Assembly (NCBI GenBank): GCA_963778655.1
Contig: CAVZVA010000009.1
Coordinates: forward strand, 64,001 to 128,000
Direction of reading: 5' to 3'
Length of the DNA: 64,000 bases
Source of the DNA: an uncultured delta proteobacterium
Lineage (GTDB): Bacteria; Myxococcota_A; Polyangia; Polyangiales; JAFGIB01
Made by a program: the position numbers and the translations under genes. Under the pieces are notes generated by a model that was not told where the DNA came from, did no database searches, and worked only from the letters and a program-made list of their open reading frames with translations. Shown here piece by piece: positions 45,562-55,588 of this stretch. Each line of letters opens with the position of its first letter. Within the stretch, counting starts at the first letter, position 1.

Positions 45562-47621
45562 CGAGCGTGCCGCCGTACAGCGGATGGCGCGAACCGATCC
45601 TCACGCACTTCACCCGAGAGATCGCGACGGTTGCGAGGCTGACCATTGTCGTCGACCCCGACCGCCTCCTCACGGAAGAGACGATTCTCGACGGGATTCG
45701 TGAGCGAGGGTTCGACCTGATCCCGTTCGAGGACCAGGTCGCCTTTCGGTTTGCGTACGAGACCCGATACCGCCGGGCGTGGGACCGAGGGGAGGAGACC
45801 AACCTCGTGGTTCTCCTGCACACGGTGCGCGCTGATGCCTCGGCGCTTCCCTTCGACCTCCTCGAAGGGGCACGGCGCGATCGGCGGCTGCTGCAGTTCA
45901 GTCGAGCGGACCTGTTCCCGAAGCTGTCGCCCGCCGTGCTGGATGGGCTCGAGACCAGTTCGTTCGATGGGCTTCACCGAGCGTTGGCGCTACGTGCCCC
46001 GGAGCATCCGCTGGGGGACGACAGGACGAAGGAGTTCCTTGTTCGCGAGGTCTTCGAGATCGCTCCCGAGCAGATTCGGAACCCCGCAGAGCTGCTTCGC
46101 CTACTCCTGCGGCGCCACTATCGAGGACAACGACTTCCGCCCGTCCTCGACGCTTGGATCATCGCGCAGTTGGAGAAGACCAAGCGTTTCACGAGTTGGC
46201 CGCTGGAGAGGCTCCTGTCGAACCGCGAGGACTTCCTCACGTTCCTGCAGGAACGCTGGCCGCTGTTCGTGACGAAGCCGAAGGTCACGGGCACGGGGGT
46301 TGCGGAACCCACCGAGCCCTATGGCCTTCGAGTCCCCGGGCCCGTTGACCTGCCGTTCGACCACGAGGACGTGCGCGTCTACATCGACAGCTTGTTCCTC
46401 GATGGCCTGCTGGCCCCGACCAGTGCGCTCCCGAAGAAGGAGGTCGAGGGAACCTGGTTGTCCGTGGGCGTGCGCGGCGACGACGTCGAGGATGCATCCC
46501 TCCGCTTTGAGCGGCTGACGGATGCTCTCGAAAAGTCCCTGCCCACCGACGCCGACGGCTATCGGTCCTGGACCGACACGGCCTGGCGCTGGGCCGAGTG
46601 GAGCGCTCTGCGCTGGACGCTCGGTGCTCGGGCTCTTGAGCCCAAGGCTGCGACCATCACCGCACTCGAGAAGCGCGTCGACAAGACCTTCACGCGGTGG
46701 ATGCTTGCGCACTACGCCTCGCTCCACAACGTCTCCTATCTCCCGTTGCCGGTAATGGTGCATCAGGTTCCGCGCCACCTCGCGCACGGATGGGTCTCGG
46801 CGTCGCGCGGTGGTCCTGCCTCGAAGCGCGTGGCCCTTCTCGTGATGGACGGTCTCGCGCTCAGTCAGTGGACGCTTCTCCGTGCGCAGCTCACGGACCG
46901 CAAGCACCGCGTGAGCGAGCACGCGATCTTCGCGTGGGTACCGACGCTGATGTCCGTCTCGAGGCAGTCCATCTTCGCTGGCGAGCCGCCGTTCTACTTC
47001 TCCGCGAGCTTGAACACGACGGCGAAGGAAGAGTCCCACTGGCGCCGCTTCTGGGAGGACCGAGACGCGAGCCGTGCCGAGGTCGCCTACGTTTGCCAGA
47101 AGAGCCAAGAACCCGACGCGGCGTTGATCGAGCGCGTGAAGGAAGCAGCCGCACATCCTCGATGTCGCGTCCTCGGCGTCGTCGTCGGGATGGTCGACCA
47201 GATGATGCACGGGGCAGTCACTGGTGCGGAGGGCTTCCACGCGCAGGTTCGTCATTGGAGCGAGACCGGAGCATTCCAGCGGCTCGTGGAGACGCTTCTT
47301 GAGCTTGGCTACGAGGTCGTCATCACGGCGGACCACGGCAACGTCGAGGCGATCGGGTTCGGGAAGCCGAACGTCGGCGAGGTGGCCGACTCACGTGGCG
47401 AGCGCGTTCATGTGTTTGCGGACGAGCTGATGCGCAGGAAGGTCCAGGACGAGTACACGCAAACCATCGCCTGGCCGCAGATCGCGCTGCCCGACGATTA
47501 CCGAGCCTTGCTCGCGTCGGAGCGAAGAGCGTTTATCACCGAGGGCGCACGCAACGTGGGCCACGGAGGTATTTCGCTTGAAGAACTGTTCGTCCCTTTC
47601 ATCACCGTCGGGAGCACCTAG
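45558..47621 (+). CDS. pglZ: BREX-3 phosphatase PglZ
   Basis: VMDGL, PTLMSVSRQSIF, TADHGN, HGGISLEE. Confidence 0.9.
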   Translation: MTSVPPYSGWREPILTHFTREIATVARLTIVVDPDRLLTEETILDGIRERGFDLIPFEDQVAFRFAYETRYRRAWDRGEETNLVVLLHTVRADASALPFDLLEGARRDRRLLQFSRADLFPKLSPAVLDGLETSSFDGLHRALALRAPEHPLGDDRTKEFLVREVFEIAPEQIRNPAELLRLLLRRHYRGQRLPPVLDAWIIAQLEKTKRFTSWPLERLLSNREDFLTFLQERWPLFVTKPKVTGTGVAEPTEPYGLRVPGPVDLPFDHEDVRVYIDSLFLDGLLAPTSALPKKEVEGTWLSVGVRGDDVEDASLRFERLTDALEKSLPTDADGYRSWTDTAWRWAEWSALRWTLGARALEPKAATITALEKRVDKTFTRWMLAHYASLHNVSYLPLPVMVHQVPRHLAHGWVSASRGGPASKRVALLVMDGLALSQWTLLRAQLTDRKHRVSEHAIFAWVPTLMSVSRQSIFAGEPPFYFSASLNTTAKEESHWRRFWEDRDASRAEVAYVCQKSQEPDAALIERVKEAAAHPRCRVLGVVVGMVDQMMHGAVTGAEGFHAQVRHWSETGAFQRLVETLLELGYEVVITADHGNVEAIGFGKPNVGEVADSRGERVHVFADELMRRKVQDEYTQTIAWPQIALPDDYRALLASERRAFITEGARNVGHGGISLEELFVPFITVGST

Positions 47622-48365
47622 ATGAGCGCTGACCGACGAAAGGTACTCGGCTTCGACCAGAGGATTCGACTCGAGTGGCTCGAGGCTGCGGCGGGGCATG
47701 CAGCCGGCGAGAAGAGCTACGACGAGATGCGCGAGGCCCTGCTAGACCTTCTCGACGGCGTCGTGGGCGGAAGACGGTACGCGAGTGCCCGTTCGAAGAC
47801 CGTCACCGTGCTGTGCCGAGTTTGGGGGGGCGTAGTCCCCGGAACGGAAGGCCTTCGCAAGAAAGCCATCGAGGTCCTCCCGCATGTGGACGCAGCTGAG
47901 CGCGTTGCCCTGCACTGGGCCATGTCGCTAGCAGCGTATCCCTTCTTCGCAGACGTCGCGACCATCGTCGGGCGCCTCCTTGAGCTGCAGGATGAAGCCC
48001 CGATGGCGCACATCGTTCGGCGCACCGTCGAGCTGTGGGGAGATCGCGAAAAGGTACACGGCGCTGCGCAGAAGGTCGTGCGCTCGATGGCGGACTGGGG
48101 TTGTCTCACCGAACTGAGCAAGGGCGTGTTTCGTCGACGAGCCCCTCAGCTCAACGTGCGAGGCGAACTCGCAGCGATCCTTGCGGAAGGGCTCATCTTC
48201 GGCGGTGAGCAGTCGGCGGTGCCGCTACCCCAGCTCGTTCGCCACCCGGCGGCGTTCCCATTTCAGGTCGAACTCCACGCTCACGACCTGCGTCGGGCGC
48301 AGACCTTCGAGATCAGTCGACAGGGGCTAGACCTCGACGTGGTGTCACTGAGCGGGCGAGCGTAG
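47622..48365 (+). CDS. brxA: BREX-3 BrxA-like protein
   Basis: GFDQRIRLEWL, KT.TVL.RVW, AYPFF; last gene in the canonical type 3 order. Confidence 0.7.
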   Translation: MSADRRKVLGFDQRIRLEWLEAAAGHAAGEKSYDEMREALLDLLDGVVGGRRYASARSKTVTVLCRVWGGVVPGTEGLRKKAIEVLPHVDAAERVALHWAMSLAAYPFFADVATIVGRLLELQDEAPMAHIVRRTVELWGDREKVHGAAQKVVRSMADWGCLTELSKGVFRRRAPQLNVRGELAAILAEGLIFGGEQSAVPLPQLVRHPAAFPFQVELHAHDLRRAQTFEISRQGLDLDVVSLSGRA

Positions 48366-48369
48366 ACCG

Positions 48370-49333
48370 ATGGCGGCACGAGGACGGCCAGAGGTTGCGG
48401 AGGTCGTCCGCTGGTACTTCGACAAGGGGCGCGTCGAGGGTGTGCCGTTCTACTGCGACCCGACTCGAATCGGCGCGTTCGCCATCGAGCCCGACGAGCT
48501 CGCGACGGGCTCTGATGCAGCCGTGTTCCGGCTCTTCGTTTCGCTCGCGATGTACCAGGCGCTGCGCGACGTCGTGATCATGCGCCAGCAGCGCTCGCTG
48601 CCTCGCATGTCGATGCGAGTGGTCGCCGACATTGGGACCGTGAAGCGTTCGATCTCGCGGCACGCCTGCCCGACGCTGGGCTCCGTCGAAGCTTTCGAGG
48701 AGGGCTGCGACGTCGAGAAGGACGGCGACGACATCGACTGCGGCACGTGCCGTGGCGAGTCCTGCCACGTGAAGGACGCGACGCGCGTCTTCAACCGCAT
48801 GGGCGACATGGGCAAGCTGCCGACCTCGGCGTGGCTCCGGCTCTGGCGAGGCGGTGGGGTTAAGGCGCTGCTCGACGAGGTCTGCTGTGAGGAGCTGTCG
48901 CCCACGAAGCGCGCCTCGCTCCTCGTGGAGCGGTTCGCCGCCGTGCATCGCGTGGGGCGCAAGCTGGCGACCATGTTCGTGAGCGCGCTTTCGACGCCCG
49001 CGCTCGCCCCGGGCCTGACGCCCTGGTACCCGAAGATTCGACGGCAACGACCTAGTGGTCGTCGACACGAACGTCGCGCGCGCCGTCGACGCCCTCTGCG
49101 CGCCGGGCGCGGCTAAGACCTACGACGCGCGCGAGCGGTGGGTGCGGGAGCAGGCCGCCAAGCTCGACCTCCGTGCGTTCCGACCCGAGCTGCCTGCGCA
49201 CTCGCCGAGGCTCGTGCAGGAGGCCCTTTACTCCTTCTGCTCGAAGTCGAACCGCGTCGCGCGAGGCGACTCTTGCGCCGCACGGGGCACATCCTGTGCG
49301 ACGTGTGCGACCGCCCTATGCCCCTTCCCGTAG
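48370..49333 (+). CDS. HhH-GPD DNA glycosylase-like protein with Cys clusters (frameshift near 49040)
   Basis: VHRVGRKLA (HhH), VVVDTNVAR (catalytic Asp motif), C-terminal C..CATC..CP. Confidence 0.6.
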
Positions 49334-49350
49334 AGGCCTCTGAGAAGTCG

Positions 49351-49725
49351 CTAGCTTCGAAGCACGAGGAAACGGCGACCCCGAATCCAAGTGGGATCGG
49401 TGTAGCGCTCGAGGAGCGTGGAGTAGAACGTGAACTCCGGGTTGCCGTTCACATAGACCCAGTACGAGTAGTCGTTCTGGCTTTGGCGGCAGAAGCGGAT
49501 GATGGCCGGTCGTTCGCACGCCGCCTCAGGGATCTCCACGGTCCAGTTGTGGTCGTGCCGAACAACGGGCCGCTCAATCGTCGAGCCCGTCTGCTCGCTT
49601 CGCAGCGAGATGGGGGCGGGCGCGTCGGGGTCGAACTGGAAGAAGTTGACCCACGCACCCCAAGGCGGTTGCACTTGGGTGACGCGGCTCTCACCGGTCA
49701 GTTCCATGATCAGCTCGTTCGGCAT
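49351..49725 (-). CDS. Hypothetical protein
   Basis: 124 aa ORF with a GGAG RBS and protein-like composition. Confidence 0.5.
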   Translation of the reverse strand: MPNELIMELTGESRVTQVQPPWGAWVNFFQFDPDAPAPISLRSEQTGSTIERPVVRHDHNWTVEIPEAACERPAIIRFCRQSQNDYSYWVYVNGNPEFTFYSTLLERYTDPTWIRGRRFLVLRS

Positions 49726-50007
49726 GGGCGGCTCCGTGTCCCATCCTACGCGTGTCGACACTACGATGCACGCGGGGACACGCGTCCCAACGCTCCCTTG
49801 CCGGCGGGACAGGCCCGCTTTGCCGGCAGGGCTTCGGGCCTTCGCCAGCAGCCCCAGCACGGGCGGTCGCCAGCCCCGCCCGTCGCGCCCACGTGCGCGC
49901 CGCCGTCCGCGTCCGCGCCCACGCTTGGGACCAGCGCGATCCGCGCGCCCTGGGCCAACGTGGGCGCCCTGGTGGCGCTCATCGGCGAGTCCGAGATCGC
50001 CTCGGCT

Positions 50008-50772
50008 TCAGCGCGCTGCCTTCAGTTCGGACCGGGTCAACAGGGCCTCGACCGCCGAGCGCGGCACGCTCCGTCGTGGCACGCGACGCCCGTTCTGGGT
50101 CGGCCTCAGCTCGAAGACGAAGGCGTTGCTGGGCGCGTCGATGATGCCCGGGAGGCGACGCGCATCTTCGGGCAACATCGTGCGCTTGCGAAGCTCGAAG
50201 CCGACTGCCTCGACGAACCACTGCATCGCGCTGACCGCGTACATGCGGCCGACGCCGGTCTCGTACGCGTGGCGCACGATGTACTCGACGAGCGCGCGAC
50301 CGTGCTTCTGCCGCCGACAGGTCGAGCGGACCGCGAGCGTCCGCAGCACCGCGGCGTCGCCGTACTCGTCGAGTACCGCGACGCCGATCACGACGCGGCC
50401 GTGCTCGAGGACGACGCGAGTCCGCTTCCCGCCCGCGGGCTCAAGCCAGAGCTCCGACGTGGGGAACGAGGTCATCTCCAGGAGCATGTTCGCGACCAGC
50501 TCATCCCGGGCCTCGAGCTCGCGGAAGACACGGCGCGGCGGCCCCTTCGCCTTCTCGATCAGCCCCGAGCTGCGCGGCTCTGGCTTCGGCTTCGGGGGCT
50601 CCGGTGGCGGCCAGGGTTCCCCACGGCGCTCGGCCCGGTGCTTCGCGCGCCACATGCCGAGCAGGGTCTCGGCGAGCACGCCGGCCACCTCGTCGATGCG
50701 ACGCTGCACGTCGGCGCGTCGTTCCTCGCGCGCGATCTCGGCGACGGCTTCGGGCTGCGGGGCTTGGTCCAT
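50008..50772 (-). CDS. GNAT acetyltransferase fused to a phage small-protein N-terminus
   Basis: LRTLAV...RRQKHGRALV...WFVEAVGF; N-terminus homologous to 29037-29222. Confidence 0.7.
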   Translation of the reverse strand: MDQAPQPEAVAEIAREERRADVQRRIDEVAGVLAETLLGMWRAKHRAERRGEPWPPPEPPKPKPEPRSSGLIEKAKGPPRRVFRELEARDELVANMLLEMTSFPTSELWLEPAGGKRTRVVLEHGRVVIGVAVLDEYGDAAVLRTLAVRSTCRRQKHGRALVEYIVRHAYETGVGRMYAVSAMQWFVEAVGFELRKRTMLPEDARRLPGIIDAPSNAFVFELRPTQNGRRVPRRSVPRSAVEALLTRSELKAAR

Positions 50773-51530
50773 GCCGCCACCACTCAGTCTCGCTTCGCCG
50801 CTACAGTCCAGCGTGGAGCCGGGACGCCTCGCTTTCGCTCAACGTGGCCCGAGGGCACTCGGCCCCGAGGCGACGGACTCACGATGGGACAGTGCGAAGC
50901 GGCGAACCTGTCCCAGCACTCTCGGCGCAAGTTCTCGGAGTCGCAGCGCGAGCGCCATCGTGGGTCAGTACGAACATCCGAATCTGTCCCAAACCCGTTT
51001 ACCGAGAGCGTTCGCAGGAAGCGCCGCTTGCGGAGCCATTTACGGTGGCCCACCAAAAGGTGGGCCGCCACAAGTTCATAAAGGCCTCGCGTGATCACCC
51101 GCGGGGCCTTTCCTTTTTCAGCCAACGTTCACGTGCTTCTGCGGCTCATCGATCACGAGGGCGCGACTCGTGTCCCCATCGCGGAGAGCACGCGCTTCCC
51201 GTTGCCGGGCGCGGAGTTGGGCGTTCGTGCTCTCTGTCTCGGCGGTCCGGGGAGAGAGCACCGACGGTGGTTTACAGCAGCCCTCGTTCGATGCCCGTGA
51301 CCGTCGAAGGCCGGTTTACGGTTTCAGCGGGGACACCGTCGGCAGGCGATTTGCGTCCTGCTCTCCGGTCTACAGCTTCACGACATCTGCGCTTGTTTGC
51401 GCCATGGTGTTGGCGTAAAAGGGGGCCCGACGGAGAGCACGGGAGAGCCACCATGACGAGCACACCTCCAAGGGCACAACCGGCAACTTGTAAGCGGCCC
51501 TTGCAGGTTCGCGCGGCGGCAGCGGGTGGA

Positions 51531-51553
51531 GTTGTTACAGATCCTGTAACAAC
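51531..51553. promoter_or_regulatory. Perfect palindrome GTTGTTACAG-ATC-CTGTAACAAC upstream of yhcG
   Basis: 10-bp inverted repeat, AT-rich relative to the window. Confidence 0.55.
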
Positions 51554-51589
51554 TGCTCGGCACCACGGAGCCAGCAGCGGGACGCGTCG

Positions 51590-52804
51590 ATGAGCCCCTC
51601 GAAGAAGAGGCCCAAGAGGGCGGTGGTCCCCACCGTGAAGGACTCGACGGAGCCGCAGGAGCAGGCGCTCTTCGCCCGGGTCGTCGACATCATCCAGGCC
51701 TCGCGCCAGCACGTTGCACGCTCGGTGAACACCGCGATGGTTCAGGCGTACTGGCTCATTGGGCACGACATCGTCGAGGTCGAGCAGGAGGGCAAGGCAC
51801 GGGCCGGCTATGGGGACGAGCTGATCGCTCGGCTGGCCAAACACCTGCGCGACGAGGTGGGGAAAGGGTTTGGGGCCCGAACGCTGCGCCGGATTCGGCT
51901 CCTCTACCTGACCTACCCGGAGGGGTCGGCCTTGCCGCCCGAGCTAGGGGGACCAGAGATTCGGACAGCACTGCTGTCCAAATCTGAGCCAGGCGAGAAA
52001 CGGACAGCACCGCTGTCCAAATCGCCGGGGGGATCTGCCGTGAGGTTCCCCCCGACCCTCAGCTGGACCCATTACCTCATCCTCTTGAAGGTCGCGAATC
52101 CGGACGCTCGCTCCTTCTACGAGATCGAGGCCGCGCGAGAGGGCTGGTCGAGCCGCGAGCTCGAGCGTCAGGTGGCCTCGCTGCTCTTCGAGCGGCTCGC
52201 CAAGAGCCGCGACAAGGAGAAGGTGCTCGATCTCGCGCGGCGTGGTCATGAGCTCGAGGGACCATCGGACGTCCTGAAGAACCCGTTCGTCCTGGAGTTC
52301 CTCGGGCTTCACGAGCGCGACGAGTGGCGCGAACGTGAGCTCGAACAGGCGATCATCGACCGGCTCGAATCATTCCTGCTCGAGCTCGGCAAGGGCTTCT
52401 GCTTTGTCGCACGGCAGAAGCGCCTGACCCTCGAAGGCGACCACTTCTTCGTAGACCTGGTGTTCTACAACCGGTTGCTGCGCGCCTTCGTTCTCGTCGA
52501 CCTGAAGCTTGGAAAGCTCACGCATCAGGACCTCGGCCAGATGCAGATGTACGTGAACTACTACGACCGCTACCAGCGGGCCGAGCACGAAGCGAAAACG
52601 ATCGGAATCGTGCTCTGCTCCGAGAAGAACGACGCCATGGCCAAGATCACTCTGCCCGAGGACAACGAGCAGATCCTGGCGGCGCGCTACCAGCTCTACC
52701 TCCCGACCGAAGAAGAGCTGCGCGAAGAGCTGGAGCGCGAGCGCGAGGAGGCCGAGCGCACGCTTCGGCTGTCTGCTGCGGAGCAGGGCGATGGCGACGG
52801 CTAG
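51590..52804 (+). CDS. yhcG: YhcG/DUF1016 PD-(D/E)XK nuclease family protein
   Basis: YWLIG..IVE, LSWTHY, FLLELGKGF, DLVFYNR, DLGQMQMYV. Confidence 0.9.
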   Translation: MSPSKKRPKRAVVPTVKDSTEPQEQALFARVVDIIQASRQHVARSVNTAMVQAYWLIGHDIVEVEQEGKARAGYGDELIARLAKHLRDEVGKGFGARTLRRIRLLYLTYPEGSALPPELGGPEIRTALLSKSEPGEKRTAPLSKSPGGSAVRFPPTLSWTHYLILLKVANPDARSFYEIEAAREGWSSRELERQVASLLFERLAKSRDKEKVLDLARRGHELEGPSDVLKNPFVLEFLGLHERDEWRERELEQAIIDRLESFLLELGKGFCFVARQKRLTLEGDHFFVDLVFYNRLLRAFVLVDLKLGKLTHQDLGQMQMYVNYYDRYQRAEHEAKTIGIVLCSEKNDAMAKITLPEDNEQILAARYQLYLPTEEELREELEREREEAERTLRLSAAEQGDGDG

Positions 52805-54014
52805 CCCGCACAAGTGGGAGTTTCGGGCGCGTTTTCGCCGGCATGCCTTCGGCTGGAAGTCGCAGCCGGCGATCAAGCGCATCAAAGAGGCGGTCTCCGA
52901 GATCAAAAAGGTCGCGCGCAAGGACGAGCTGCTCGCCGCCGAAGGTGCCGTGCTCTTGCTCGAGAAGGTGTCGCCGGCTCTGGAGCACGTGGACAGCTCC
53001 TCAGGCGCCATCGGTACGGCGGTGAACAATGCCATCACGGCGCTCGTGGAGATCATCGCCACGGCGCCGGCGGACGAGACGACGCGCGAGAAATGGCTCG
53101 AGCGGCTGTGGGAGGCGTATCAAGACGACCAGATCCCCTACATCGAGCTGCTGGGTGACTACTGGGGCGAGCTGTGCGTGTCGAAGGAGATCGCTTCACG
53201 CTGGGCCGATCAGCTCATCGGCACCTGCAAGATGGCTTGGAGCTCAGACCCGAACCTGCGCGGCTTCTTCAAAGGCACGACCAACTGCCTGAGCGCGCTA
53301 CTCGCGGCCGAGCGCTACGACGAGCTGCTCGCGTTGCTCGAGATGGCGCCCTACAAGATGTGGCACTACCGCCAGTACGGCGTCAAAGCGCTGTCGGCGT
53401 TGGGGAAGAAGGCCGACGCCATCCGCTACGCCGAGGCGGGTCGTGGGCTCAACGACAGTCCGATCGCCATTGCCCGCGCCTGCGAGGAGGTGCTGCTCTC
53501 GTCCGGGTTCGCCGACGAGGCGTACGAGCGCTACGGGCTCCTGGCGAATCAGGCGGGGACCTACGCTGCATGGTTTCGCGCTGTCGCGAAGAAGTACCCA
53601 CACAAAAAGCCCGCTGAGATTCTCGATGACCTCGTAGCCGAAACGCCTGGCGAGGAGGGCAAGTGGTTCGCCGCCGCCAAGGACGCGAAGCTGTTCGACG
53701 AGGCCATCGCGTTGGCCAACCGCACCCCATGCTCGCCGCAGACGCTGACCCGCGCTGCCCGTGACTACGAGGAGAAGAAACCCGAATTCGCCATCGAGGC
53801 AGGCATGGCCGCGCTGCACTGGCTGGTGGAGGGCTACGGCTACGAGATCACCGGCCTCGATGTTCTGAATGCCTTCTCCCACACCATGAAGGCGGCCGAG
53901 AACGCTGGCCGCGCCGAAGAGACGCAGAAGCGCATCCGTGACCTCGTCGCGCGCGAGTCGTTCGGCGAGCGCTTCGTCGGCAAGGTGCTCGGACGCCAGT
54001 TGGGGCTATCGTGA
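52791..54014 (+). CDS. Hypothetical helical-repeat protein
   Basis: 407 aa ORF overlapping yhcG; all-alpha character. Confidence 0.7.
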   Translation: MATASPHKWEFRARFRRHAFGWKSQPAIKRIKEAVSEIKKVARKDELLAAEGAVLLLEKVSPALEHVDSSSGAIGTAVNNAITALVEIIATAPADETTREKWLERLWEAYQDDQIPYIELLGDYWGELCVSKEIASRWADQLIGTCKMAWSSDPNLRGFFKGTTNCLSALLAAERYDELLALLEMAPYKMWHYRQYGVKALSALGKKADAIRYAEAGRGLNDSPIAIARACEEVLLSSGFADEAYERYGLLANQAGTYAAWFRAVAKKYPHKKPAEILDDLVAETPGEEGKWFAAAKDAKLFDEAIALANRTPCSPQTLTRAARDYEEKKPEFAIEAGMAALHWLVEGYGYEITGLDVLNAFSHTMKAAENAGRAEETQKRIRDLVARESFGERFVGKVLGRQLGLS

Positions 54015-55588
54015 CGCGACGCTATCAAACCAAGCCCACCCCCGATGCGTCGTCCACCGAGGCTGCGCTCGATGCCATGGATGCCGACGGGCTCCGGGCG
54101 CTCGTACGCGAGATGATTCCCTGGTTCGACGACGTGCTGCACGCCCGCTTCGTCAACGCGCTCGTCGATCGGGCCGCCCGCACCACGCCAACTTGGGCAC
54201 CGAAGGCGCCAGACGGTGCCCTGATCGGTGAGATTCAGGAGTTCGCCGAAGCGGCCAAGCGCATCGGCTACGCGGAACCTTCCGACGTCGACGCCTACTT
54301 GCGGCAGGGTGCCAACGCGTTCCTGGCAAAGAACTACGCGGCGGCTTTCCAGATCTTCCGAGCGCTGCTCATTCCGGCGGGCCACGGGGAGTTCCCCCTC
54401 GGCCAAGATGAGATGATCGACGAGGTGCTCGGCATCGATCCGGCGACCTGCGCTGCCCAGTACGTCGCCTCGATGTACATGACCGCCACGCCGAAGAACC
54501 GTGGCAAGGCCGTGCTCTCGGCCATCGACGAGATGCACGGCATCGGGCACTTCTGGGCGCCGCTGCGGGAGCTGGAGCGGGTGGCCATCGAGCCGCTTCC
54601 CGACTTCGACGACTTTCTCGTGCAGTGGAAGGCCCTCGTCGAAGAGCGCGTCCAGAAGGACCGCAGGAACGATTGGGACTCCGAGGAAGACCGTTGGCTG
54701 CGCGAGGTCGTGCAGCGAACCCAGGGCCCCGAGGGCCTGGCCGAGATCGCACGAGCCTCGAAGCGGGCCGACGACCTGCGGGCCTGGTGTCGAGCAATGG
54801 TCGAGGCTAGCGATTGGAAGGGTGCGCTAGCCGCGTACGACGAGGCGGCTGAGCTCGTCGCAGACAAGGAGTACGCCCGCGCTGACTTTCTCGATGGCGC
54901 CGCGTTGGCGGCACAGGAGCTCGGGCGCAAGGACCTGCCGGCACGACTCGAGCGCGCCTGGCGGGAGGCACCGAGCATGGTGCGCCTGCGCCGGTGGCTG
55001 GCCTCGGCGAATACCAGGAAGATCCTACTTGGACGCGTGAGCGAGGCACTCGCCGCTGTCCCCAAACAGGCGCATCGGCAACGCTCGTTGCTTCATGTTC
55101 TGAGCGGGGATTTCACGGAGGCGGCCAAGCTCCTCGGTTCCGCGAACGGGCTCGGTTGGTCGAGCGGAGAGCATCCAGGTCACCTGGCGTTCCCGCTGTT
55201 CATCTCCTTGCTGGGTGGCCTCGAGCTACCCGGTGAGCCCGCGCGCGACTACGACGAGCTGAGCCTGCTGTCGGACCGCGACGAACCTCGGCTCGCGACG
55301 CCGGAGGTGGCCGAGCTCATCCGCCTTGCAGGGATTCACGCACCCACCGAGCCGGCAACACGAGCAGTCGTCATCAAATCGATGCGGACCGCCGCCGAGA
55401 AGCGCATTGCCGGTGTCACCGAGAACAAGCGCAGGCGCCACTACGGCCACGCCGCATCTCTCGCACTCGCGTGTGCGCAGGTCGATGGCTCAACCTCGGG
55501 CACGAAGTGGCTCGAAGGTATCCGCGACGAGCACCGGCGCTACCCTGCGCTCCAACGCGAGCTCGGCGGACGCAAGGGGCGCACATGA
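54011..55588 (+). CDS. Hypothetical helical-repeat protein
   Basis: 525 aa; GTGA overlap; C-terminal KRRRHYGHAA...YPALQREL. Confidence 0.7.
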   Translation: MTRRYQTKPTPDASSTEAALDAMDADGLRALVREMIPWFDDVLHARFVNALVDRAARTTPTWAPKAPDGALIGEIQEFAEAAKRIGYAEPSDVDAYLRQGANAFLAKNYAAAFQIFRALLIPAGHGEFPLGQDEMIDEVLGIDPATCAAQYVASMYMTATPKNRGKAVLSAIDEMHGIGHFWAPLRELERVAIEPLPDFDDFLVQWKALVEERVQKDRRNDWDSEEDRWLREVVQRTQGPEGLAEIARASKRADDLRAWCRAMVEASDWKGALAAYDEAAELVADKEYARADFLDGAALAAQELGRKDLPARLERAWREAPSMVRLRRWLASANTRKILLGRVSEALAAVPKQAHRQRSLLHVLSGDFTEAAKLLGSANGLGWSSGEHPGHLAFPLFISLLGGLELPGEPARDYDELSLLSDRDEPRLATPEVAELIRLAGIHAPTEPATRAVVIKSMRTAAEKRIAGVTENKRRRHYGHAASLALACAQVDGSTSGTKWLEGIRDEHRRYPALQRELGGRKGRT

